A DNA stretch of 64,000 bases from Octopus sinensis. Its lineage: Eukaryota. The notes beneath the pieces were generated by a model. It ran no database searches, was not told where the DNA came from, and saw only the letters and a list, made by a program, of their open reading frames with translations. A program made the position numbers and the translations under genes. Positions 37,975 through 48,757 of the stretch are shown here, piece by piece. The stretch's first letter is position 1; each line of letters begins with the position of its first letter. The stretch lies in contig NC_043018.1 of assembly GCF_006345805.1 (NCBI RefSeq), positions 27,776,001 to 27,840,000 on the forward strand, in the 5' to 3' direction.

Positions 37975-40450
37975 ATGGATTTTACAGGTAAGATAGAACC
38001 GCTGTTTTGGGATTCATCTTTGAAAGATATTCCTATTCCTTCTAGAAAGGAATTTATTTTGAAACTTGTTAATAATGTTAAAGATTTTATTTCTAGAATT
38101 AAATGGAAAGCTTTTTACTATAATTTTTTTTTTATTTAATGATATTGATAGTAGGAATGATATTTTACCTCTAAATTTAAATCTAGAAAGGAACTCCATT
38201 TAAAGAATTACAATTACTTGAAGATAGTATAGGAAGGTGGTAAAAAATATTGAATTCCATAATACCCAAATAGAAATAATGAATATTAAGGAATTTAGCA
38301 ATTAAAATTAAAGATATGAGAAATATGGATGGTATTATAGTACAATCTGATACAAGGAACTTAATAATTAGATGTTAATTATATGATAAACTATTAGGAA
38401 AGAAATAATTAAAAAATATAAAATTGTTCCAGATGATATTCTTTATAATATTATAAGGCCTCTAAAGTAGTAATGTTAAAATATGAGTTGGATAATAAAC
38501 TGACCTTATGTACCTTTGAACCCCAGAATTAACTCTTAAAGACCATAAAGATAATTTTATTCAGACCCTAAAGTTAGATTAATTTGCCCATGTAAATCGG
38601 ATCTAGGTAAATTAGTAAATTTATTTTAGATAAATATATTGATAAGTAAATAAACTTATTTTTAAAATTATGGTTTAGTAATAATAATACATTGAAATGG
38701 TTTATAATATTAAAGATAAAAATCGTTATAAATTTATTCAAATAGATATAGATATTATTATTCTTCTATTAATGAAATTGTGTTTAATAAAGCGCTTATT
38801 TTCGCAATGAATAAAGCGGGTATGTTACGGGAAGAGTTAATGTAATTAAAATGGCTAGGAAATCGCTAATTAAATATAAAAAATAATTATGGGCTAGGAA
38901 TGATACGAGAATTGTTTTGATATACCTATGGGAGCACCAGATTCTGCACAGGCTACTGATTTAGTAGGTATTTTTCTTTTATCTGAACTCCAATTAGAAA
39001 ATCTTAAGATAGAGGGTGGTTTATATAGAGACGATCTTCTACTAGTTACAAAGAATTGTACTAATAGGAATCTAGAAGTATATAAGAAAAACTATATAGT
39101 TTCTTTAAAAGATATGGTTTAGTATTACTATATATAAGGAGAATTATAATGTTAATTATTTAGATGTTAATTTTAATCTTATTACAGGTAAACACAACCA
39201 TATCATAAACTTAATGAGAACCTTAGATATATAAATGTTAATAGTAATCACCCATTCTCTATTAAAAAATCGTTGATTAATAATATAAGTAAACGTATTT
39301 CATTACTCTCTTATGATTAGAGATTTTTAATAAACATGCTAATTATTATAATGAGGCCCTTAGAGGGGCAGGTTATAATAGGAATATTAAATTTTATAAT
39401 ATTAGTGATAAGATTTAATTGTTAATTTTCGAGATACTTCTAATAATAATTATAATTTTGTTAGGTTTAGTGGTAAAAAAATAATATTAAAAAAAATAAT
39501 AAAAATTATAAAAATATATAAGAATAATAATAATAATATAATATAATAATAATATATAATAAATATAATATAAGAAAATATAAATAAAAATAATTTATAT
39601 TATTATAATAATTATATTGATAAATTTAATAATATTAATAATTCCTTAAATGCTGTACATAGATATAATTCTGATAATAATTTTAATAAAATAAAGAATT
39701 ATAAATATATTTATAATAATGATAATAATAATAAGGTTAATAAGAATAAAATTTGTTAATAGTTCCTTATGGAGATCAAGTAAAAACGAATATTATTAGA
39801 GATTTTAGATGTTATAGAACTATTTATTAGAGATAATCGTAATATAGAAACATTTTCTCTTTTAATAATTTTGGAGTTGGTTACTCTACCACTAATAATG
39901 TTGGTAACATTATTTCTTCATTTATAAATATAAACTGAATAATTTTATTAAAAGAAATTATTTGATAATAATATTAATAATGATAAGACTTATATTAATT
40001 GTACATGTAGAGATAAATCTAATTGTATATTAAAAAATAATTGTGATATTAACGATGTAGTGTATAATGTATAGTTACATTACATGATAATAACTTTAAG
40101 AATAATAATTACAAAAAAGCGGTTTATATAGGTTCTACTTCCTCAAAAATAAACTAAGAATCGCACAACATATGAATTCTTTTAAAAATAAAAACTTAAT
40201 CACTCAACAACCGGACTTAGTAAGTACATTTGAGTCTTAAATCACTAAATATTAATTATAGTTTAATTTGGGAAATAATTTGTAAAACTAAATCATATAC
40301 TATAGGAGCTAATTGTTGTTTTTATGCTCTAATGAGTTTAAAGAAATTTTATTTTATAAGTATGATAATTTACTTAATACTGGCGAGGAGCGCAAAATAA
40401 AATGCAGACATAAGTTACTTTACCTATATAATAAGTTTCATGATAAATAG
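37975..40450 (+). pseudogene. PLE polyprotein RT + GIY-YIG (Naiad-like), heavily frameshifted as assembled
   Basis: MDFTGKIEPLFWDSSLKDIPIPSRKEFILKLVNNVKDFISRIKWKAF; TLKDHKDNF; KVRLICPCKSDLG; FIQIDID; MGAPDSAQATDLVG...GLYRDD; NYLDVNF; SNHP; NCTCRDKSNC...VVY...VYIGST...R..QH..SF...GLSKYI; WEII; CC..C.NE...LLN..E...KCRH. Confidence 0.9.
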
Positions 40451-41596
40451 CAATAATAGTTCCCTTTTAGGTTACTTTAGTTTAGTTTAAATTAGTTTAG
40501 ATAATATATTTTTGGTTATGTTGTCTAGGCTTTAATTATAGTTAGTCTTTATTATATTTCTTTGTTTTAATTAGTTCATTTTTAATGTATATATTTTGGA
40601 GGATATATTTAATGTTTATGGGTGTTATTTAGTGGTGTTTTTATTGAGTTTTGTATGTATGTGTGAATGTTTAAGATCCCTTTGTTTTTTGTTTTTTATT
40701 TGGTATTTGAATTGACAGATTTTATTGGTATTGTCTGTTATAATAAAGTAACACACCCCATAACAAATATAAGTGCCCACTTCATTCGATGTACCTGGAA
40801 TTGCATGTGAGCCTCGCATATACACCTAACGGCCACTCCCGCCCCACATGGATAAATAAACACATACATCCCCAAAAATGGGCGTAATCCCATTCACACC
40901 AATTATATGTATACAATTATACACACTAGAATAATACATAACTAACCCAATATACAGAACATACTAAAATCACCAACTAACCACTATCACAAATGAAACC
41001 CACACCCATACAATGACAAAATTCCTCCCTCCATACCCAATTTACACCCACATAGTAATCCAATATATTCATCCATATATGGACGCAAGTGCGTGAAGCA
41101 CATGCACATAATTAATACGGTACAACCCCTAATACACACTTATATAAATACGTATTAAGCTCGACATCCACAGTGATAAGATTACACCCACTCACACCCA
41201 GATGGGTGAATTGCACAACCAGGAACGCACACACACACGTGTGCGTTTTTTGATTGTGCAATTCGCCCATATGCATGTATGCGGGCGCGATTACATTGTT
41301 GCATATATCGAGCCAAATTAGCATGCATATGTACATGTGAGGGGTACACGCAAATGACGTGCGCGTGTACCCCCTGCATTTATACCCGTGCGTAATATAC
41401 ACATGGAGACTACCACACAGGTACAAATGTGTATAGTAATGGGAGCCCCATCACTACACTCATGTATACTCTCATCCATCCCTCACCATCCGCACGGATG
41501 TAAGTGTATCTCCGGTGTATATGTTGAGGCTTTATGTAGCGTTGTGGAGGCGAATGTCGTTGAAATTGTGAATGAATGGGTGGAGTTGGGAATTGT

Positions 41597-44460
41597 AACC
41601 GGGTGGTGGACTAGCGTTGCTTGGAATTGGGAATTGATTAGTGTGGTAGTGAGGTAGGCATCGGGAATAGGTTTGGGTTGCTGTAGGTTGTTTGTTAGAG
41701 CTGCTAGGGTGAGCTAAAGCTCATAAATGTATATAATGATTTTTCATGGTAGTTTTTAAAGAATCCATTCATTATACATTTTTTTTACGTAGTGTTGGTT
41801 TGCTCTACGTGGATATAGTTTTTAGTTCCATTTATTCTATTTCTCCATTCATAATTTAAATGACGTTTAATTTCTATGGCGCGTATTCTCTCTTTTTTTT
41901 ACATAAGTTATTCTATGGTAACGTAATTTTGGTTTGGTTTTTTTAACGGCAAGAATTTAATTTCACTTCATTATTTGAAATTGACTTGTAGTATGTATTT
42001 TATTTATCCTTATGTCATATTGTTATTTTGATATTCTGGTTAATTACGATGTATTTAATGTTGTTTTCATAGGAGTGTTATGTATATGAGATTGTGTGTG
42101 AGTTTTTAGTTGTATATTTTTATTTATCTGTATGAGTGTGGGTGTGTAAATATTGTTGTATATATCGAGTTTAGTGAGTATATATATGAGTATATGTGAG
42201 GAGTATATGTATCTGTTGTGTGTGGTGTGTTTTTTGTGTGTGTGTGTGGTTGTGTGTGTATGTGTATATGGTTGTTATTTAGGTTTTGGGATGTTGTGTT
42301 AATTTGTCTGTGTGGGGTGGGGAGTGGGTTTTGGTGTATATTGAGGTTTATAAATTAGGATAGGTATGTGTATAAGTCGTGGGTCTGTGGTTTACGAGTG
42401 TGTATTTGTGTGTGAATGTTTAGGTTTAGGGGGATTACTATATAGGTTTGTTATAGAGTTTAGCAAAGGGAGATTTTATCGTTATATGTTTTTATGAGTT
42501 TTGTTTTGGTTTATCATGGTTATTTTAGGGATTCGTGGTAATTTGTCTATTTTCGATGTTGGTTGTTTATTACATTGTTTCATTCATATTTTTTTGAGTG
42601 GTGTTCGTTTTGCCACGTGAATAACCGGTGGTGGACTAGCGTTGCTTGGAATTGTGAATGGGATAGTGTAGTAGTGAGGTAGGCATAGAGAATGGGTTTG
42701 GGTTACTGCAAGTTGTTTGTTAGAGCTGCTAAGGTGAGCTAAAGTTCATAGATGTATATAATGATTTTTCATGGTAGTTTTTAAAGAATCCATTCATAAT
42801 AAATTTTTTTTAAGTAGTGTTGGTTTGCCACGTGGATATAGTTTTTAGTTCCATTTCTATTTCTCCATTCATAATTGAAATGACGTTTACTTTCCATGGC
42901 GCGTATTCTTTTTTTACATAAGTTATTTCTATGGTAACGTAATTTTGCTTTGATTTTTTTAACGGCTAAGAATTTAATTTCACTTCATAATTTGACACTG
43001 AATTGTAAGTATGTATTTTATTTATCCTTATGCCATATTGTTATTTTTGATATTCTGGTTAATTACGATGTATTTAATGTTGTTTTCATAGGTGTGTTTA
43101 TGTATATGAGATTGTGTGCGAGTTTTTAGTTGTATAATTTATTTATCTGTATGAGTGTGGGTGTGTAAATATTGTTGTATATATCGAGTTTAGTGAGTAT
43201 GTATATGCGTATATGTGAGGGAGTATATGTATCTGTGTTGTGTGTGTGTGTTTTGCGTGTGTGTGTGTTTGTGTGTGAAGTGTATATGGTTTGTTATTTA
43301 GGTTTTGGGATGTATGTGTTAATTTGTCTGTGTGGGAGGGAGTGGGTTTTGGTGTATATTGAGGTTATAAGTTAGTATAGGTATGTGTATAAGTCGTGGG
43401 TCTGTGGTTTACGAGTGTGTATTTGTGTGTGAATGTTTAGGTTAGGGAGATTGCTATATAGGTTTGTTATAGAGTTTAGCAAAGGGAGATTTATCGTTAT
43501 ATGTTTTTAGGAGTTTTGGTTTATCATGGTTTTTTTTAGGGAATTTGTGGTAATTTGTCTATTTTCGATGTTGGTTTTTTATTACATTGTTTCATTCATA
43601 ATTTTTGAGTGGTGTTCGTTTTGCCACGTGAATAACCGGGAGGTGGACTAGCGTTGTTTGGAATTGTGAATGGAATAGTGTAGTAGTGAGGTAGGCATAG
43701 AGAATGGGTTTGGGTTACTGCAAGTTGTTTGTTAGTCTTTTTTTACATAAGTTATTTCTATGGTAACGTAATTTTGGTTTGATTTTTTAACGGCTAAGAA
43801 TTTAATTTCACTTCATAATTTGACACTGAATTGTAAGTATGTATTTTATTTACCTTTATGTCATATTGTTATTTTTGATATTCTGGTTAATTACGATGTA
43901 TTTAATGTTGTTTTCATAGGAGTGTTTATGTATATGAGATTGTGTGCGAGTTTTTAGTTGTATAATTTATTTATCTGTATGAGTGTGGGTGTGTAAATAT
44001 TGTTGTATATATTGAGTTTAGTGAGTATGTATATGCGTATATGTGAGGGAGTATATGTATCTGTTGTGTGTGTGTTTTGCGTGTGTGTGTGTTTGTGTGT
44101 GAATGTGTATATGGGTTTGTTATTTAGGTTTTGGGATGTATGAGTTAATTTGTCTGTGTGGGAGGGAGTGGGTTTTGGTGTATATGGAGGTTTATAAGTT
44201 AGTTTAGGTATGTGTATAAGTCGTGGGTCTGTGGTTTACGTGTGTGTTTGTGTGTGAATGTTTAGGTTAGGGGGATTACTATATAGGTTTGTTATAGAGT
44301 TTAGCAAAGGGAGATTTTATCGTTATATGTTTTTTAAGAGTTTTGGTTTATCATGGTTTTTTTAGGGAATTCGTAGTAATTTGTCTATTTTCGATGTTGG
44401 TTGTTATTTATTGTTTTTCATCATTCATAATTTTTGAGTGGTGTTCGTTTTGCCACGTGA
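41597..44460 (+). repeat. ~1.02-kb tandem repeat, 3 copies (third with a ~175-bp deletion), inside the PLE 3' region
   Basis: Unit start AACCGG(G)TGGTGGACTAGCGTTG at ~41597, ~42623 and ~43634; unit end TTTTGCCACGTGAAT; further diverged sub-repeats at 44460-45207. Confidence 0.92.
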
Positions 44461-45207
44461 ATTTTATTTTAATTCCATTTATTCCATTTCTCCATTCATT
44501 AATTTAGAGATGTTCGTTTCCAGAGCGGTATACTTTTTATATATATGTTAAGTTCCTTGGTAAAGTAATTTGTTTGGTGTATATGTTGAGGCTTATATGT
44601 ACTTGTGGGTGTGTGTGAGTGGGGTGGGAGTTTGTATTTGTTATGGGTGTGTGGTTTACGAGTGGTTTTTGTGTGTGAATGTATAGGTTAAAGGAATTGC
44701 TATATAAGTATGTTTTAGTGTTTAGTAAAGGGAGGTTTTATCATTTCTGTTTTGTGAGTTTTAGCTTATCATGGTAGTTTTATAAAAGAATCCATTCATA
44801 ATTTTTGTGTTTATTTGTCTGTGTGGGTTGAGTGGGTTTTTGGAGTATATGTTGAGGTTTATATGTATGTATTGGTATGTGTAAGTGGTGTGGGTATTTG
44901 TATATGTCGTGGGTGTGTGGTTTACGTGTGTGTATTGTGTGTGAATGTTTAGGTTAGGGGATTGCTATATAGGTTTGTTATAGAGTTTAGTAAAGGGAGA
45001 TTTTATCATTATATGTTTTTATGAGTTTTGGTTATCATGGTAGGTTTGATAAGGAATTTGTAGTAATTTGTGTCTATTTGCGATGTCTGTTGTTTTATTG
45101 CATTGTTTCATTCATAATTTTTAAGTAGTGTTCGTTTTACCAAGTGAATATATTTTTAATTCCATTTATTCCATTTCTCCGTTCATAGTTTTGAGTGATG
45201 TCCGTTT

Positions 45208-45892
45208 TCTAGAGCGTGAATGTGGGTTGTATGTGTGTGTGTGTGGGAGTATGAATAAGTATTGTGTTGAAGTATTTAGCTATTTTATTTATTTATAGTT
45301 GCCTAGACATTTTTATGTGTATGTATAGGGATATATATATAGGTGTGTGATTTAGTGTATGTAGTTAGATATGGTTATATATAATTAGGTATATGCGTAT
45401 GGGTGTATATATAGTTTATTATTATATTATTATTTTTTTTGTTTTGTTTTATATTTTATTTTATATTTTATATTTTATATTTTATACTTTATATTTAATT
45501 GTTGATAGGTTTTTTTAGTTTATATATTGTTTATATATTGATTATATATGGATTATAGATAGGTTATATATGGATTATATATATTATATTTTTTCATTCA
45601 TACTTTAATTATTTTAAAATTATTATTTTTATATTTTAAAATATTGATTTTTTAGATTGGAAGTCCACCTGAAGATTGTCGATCAAGACAAGAAACGATT
45701 GTAGTGGCGGTTTTTTTTGACTATTTATTAAATTTTATGTATTGATTAAGTCTTCCTCCTTTTTGTTTTTGCAAAATAGTGGTTTTGTCTCGAATAATAT
45801 TTTATATATTTTACTATAAAATCGATTTATTCCTAAATCTGATTTTTTCCCTGTAATTTTGGATTTATTCCCTAATATTTATTATTTATATA
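45208..45892 (+). repeat. 3' pseudo-LTR
   Basis: Direct repeat of 37258-37930. Confidence 0.92.
45665..45707 (+). ncRNA. Type I hammerhead ribozyme in 3' pLTR
   Basis: CCAC-CTGAAGA-TTGTC-GATCAA-GACAA-GAAAC-GATT-GTA-GTGG: stem I CCAC/GUGG, stem II UUGUC/GACAA, GUA site. Confidence 0.85.
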
Positions 45893-45937
45893 TAATATAT
45901 ATATACATACTATTATATATATATATACTAATTTAAT

Positions 45938-45969
<32 letters not shown>

Positions 45970-45971
45970 AT

Positions 45972-46497
45972 GATAAATCTCAGAGCAGTTATAAACGTAA
46001 GCAGTAACACATCGTGACCATATTGCCATTGAATATGGCTAACACCTAAGAGTGGATGCTACTGTAGTTTGTAGCTCCAGGAAGATATCTCCTCCAGCTG
46101 GCTATAGACACTATCTGTGTCCTCTCAGTAATTGTGAAGGGGAGTCATCCTCCCCGTCTTCAACATCATGATACACACGGACCCGAGTTTTCAAGGTGTT
46201 TACCTTTCCTCAGCGTGTGAACATTCATGGTTGTCGACGAGAAGTCAGCTCCCTGCACAAATACATATACTTTTTCCAGTTTCGATTGACACTGATATTG
46301 AAAATGTGAAATCAAACAATGATAAATCTCAGAGCGAGTCATAAACAGTAGCGGTAACACATCGTGACGCATATTTGCCATTTGAGAGGACACAGTGTGT
46401 CTATAGCCAGCTGGAGGAGATATCTTCCTGGGGCTACAAACTACAGTAGCATCCACCCTTAGGGGTTAGCCATATTCAAATGGCAAATATGCGTCAC
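45972..46497. mobile_element. Short non-coding element with direct and inverted terminal repeats and a central hammerhead
   Basis: Direct repeat ~45972-46030 / 46321-46385; inverted repeat ~46015-46127 / 46383-46497; related fragment at ~1725-1785. Confidence 0.7.
46174..46219 (-). ncRNA. Type I hammerhead ribozyme
   Basis: CACACG-CTGAGGA-AAGGT-AAAC-ACCTT-GAAAAC-TCGG-GTC-CGTGTG: 6-bp stem I, 5-bp stem II, GUC site; one extra A after GAAA. Confidence 0.78.
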
Positions 46498-46544
46498 TAT
46501 ATGTATAAATAATATATATGTATATATATATATAATATATATAT

Positions 46545-46856
46545 ATAAATTAAATTAGAGATATAACCACTATTAGGCAACCCAAACAGTGATAGATATA
46601 AAACAAACATAAAAAACAAAAAATAAATATAGTTAACATAATATATATATATAATAAAATTTAATATTTAAATTATTAACATTTGAAATTTTAAAATTAT
46701 ATTTATAAATTTTTGTATTTTTATATTTTAAATTTTTAAACTTTTAAACTTTTTTTTTATTTAGCTAACCAAAAAGTATTATAAAGTTAAATATAATATA
46801 ATAAGTAATAAGTGTGAGTTGCCTAATAGGGGTTATATCCCTAACTTAATTTATAT
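46545..46856. repeat. AT-rich inverted-repeat element
   Basis: ATAAATTAAATTAGAGATATAACCACTATTAGGCAAC vs GTTGCCTAATAGGGGTTATATCCCTAACTTAATTTAT. Confidence 0.7.
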
Positions 46857-46980
46857 TCATACTGTGAAATTTGATATGTAAGTTTGGATATACTCCCTAA
46901 TATTATTATTATTTGGATATACTCCCTATTATTATTATTAATATTATTATTATTATTATTATTTTATTATTTTATTATTA

Positions 46981-47020
<40 letters not shown>

Positions 47021-47025
47021 TTATT

Positions 47026-48022
47026 CAGTAGTTTTATTTTTATAGCGTGCTTTCCCTTCACTACCGAGCACAGCTCTGTGTGCCTTGGCATGTGCTGTGA
47101 TTTGTTGTGATGCTCTGATGGTTATTGTATGGAAAGTGTTCTGCGTAGGATGTGTGCAGTGCCTAGTAGTGCAATTTTCTGTATGTATATGTGTTTGTAA
47201 GTCCTGGTGTTTTTGTTATGTATTTGTCTGAATATTTTTTTATCATGCCTAATGCACCTACTATGATAGGAATTGTTTCTGTTTTCAGATTCCACATTCT
47301 AGTTACCTCTATTTCCAGGTCTTTTATTTGAGAGTTTCCATTTTCTTTTAGAGACACGTTGTCATCAGCCGGTATTGATACATCAATTAGAAAGCATTTT
47401 TTTTCTTCATGATCTCTGACAACTATATCTGGTCTGTTGGCCTTAATTTCCCTATCTGTGTGTATCGGCATATCCCAGAGTATGGTTGCTTTCTCGTTTT
47501 CTGTGACCTTTTCTGGTGTGTGCCTATACCATCTTTTTTCTGTTGTTATTCCATAATGTTGGCATAGCTTCCATGTATGTAGGTTCAACTCTGTCATGTC
47601 TGTGATATATTCCTTCTTAGCAAGACTGGGCAGCTAGAGATAATATGATTTATTGTTTCTTGTCCATCTCCACATATTCTGCAGTTACTTGTAATATTTC
47701 TTTTCATTACATGTTTTTGGTAATTTCTGGTGGGGAGGCTTTGGTCTTGTGCTGCAATTAAAAATCCCTCTGTTTCTGCTTTGAGTCCTGAGCTTCTCAA
47801 CCATTGCTGGGATTTTTCTTTGTCTATTTCTTTTGCGTTTATTTTAGTCCAGTATTCACCATGAAGGGGCTTTTCTTGCCATCGTTTTATCATGGTTCGT
47901 TGCTGTTCTATTTTAAGTTTGGATTTCATTTGTTTTATAGCTTTTTTGTTTCTCTTCATCTTCTCTTCTTCTTCATGTTTATTAGGTGGTATGATTTCTT
48001 GTTTGTATTTGTCAGCTTCCTT
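47026..48022 (-). mobile_element. 5'-truncated R4/Dong-like non-LTR retrotransposon (CCHC + RLE) in (TAA)n
   Basis: KPLHG, LKAETEGFLIAAQDQSLPT, CRICGDGQETINHIISSC (CCHC), LWDMPIHTDREIKANRPDIVV...LIDVSIP (PD..D), PIIVGALG; (TTA)n on both sides. Confidence 0.88.
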
Positions 48023-48038
48023 AATATTATTATTATTA

Positions 48039-48085
<47 letters not shown>

Positions 48086-48086
<1 letters not shown>

Positions 48087-48676
48087 GAGTGAGAGAGCAG
48101 TGCATGCCATCAAAGTGACACTGGGGTAAAATATACGAAGCCCAGTGTACATGACTACCCGTCTGATAAGGGTACACCAGGTACATCATCACAACCATAT
48201 GTGTGCAACATGGTGATCTCATATCAAGATAAACAGCACATGACCTTGCAGGTGGGGCCCAGTTAGAATTTTCCTCAGGTCGAGTAGCCCATCCTGCTCA
48301 AAAGGTCCCTGAATAAGAGTTGCTTTAGGATGTTGAACGAAACACCCATGTTTCCAGAGGTGAATTATTGAAACCCCAAAGAATCCCTCTCAATACATGG
48401 CTATGATGCTCCCCCACTACTTCTGCTCGTGATCAGAGATGCACAAATCGTCAACCACTAAGGGACATGCTCAACTGGTTAAGGTCAAACAACTGACAAG
48501 CAAATCTGTGGTATTGAGCAGAATATTTGCTGTAGCCCCATCTTTTATAACAAGACAAATCAATGTACATGATAACACTTCCAATCAGTTAAGATCAGAA
48601 GCCACGAGAGCCACTGCCTGGTACTGCATCAGGGCATTGGTACAGCATCAGGGCATGGTACTGCATCAGGGCATTT
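48086..48676. mobile_element. Unclassified ~590-bp interspersed-repeat-like sequence between (TTA)n tracts
   Basis: Complex non-coding block bounded by (TTA)n, with GGTAC(T)GCATCAGGGCAT three times at its right end; family not identified. Confidence 0.4.
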
Positions 48677-48683
48677 ATTATTA

Positions 48684-48724
<41 letters not shown>

Positions 48725-48757
48725 TATTATTATATATATATATATATAAATATATAT

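Larger units (their letters stand above)
37258..45892 (+). mobile_element. ~8.6-kb Penelope-like retroelement (Naiad-like) bounded by direct pseudo-LTRs
   Basis: Direct repeats 37258-37930 and 45208-45892; RT/GIY-YIG ORF 37975-40450; flanked by (CA)/(TA) tracts. Confidence 0.9.

Noticed and set aside
37258-45892. True LTR retrotransposon or organellar/Plasmodium-like insertion
   Set aside because: No TG..CA ends, PBS, gag or integrase; the protein motifs are PLE RT and GIY-YIG.
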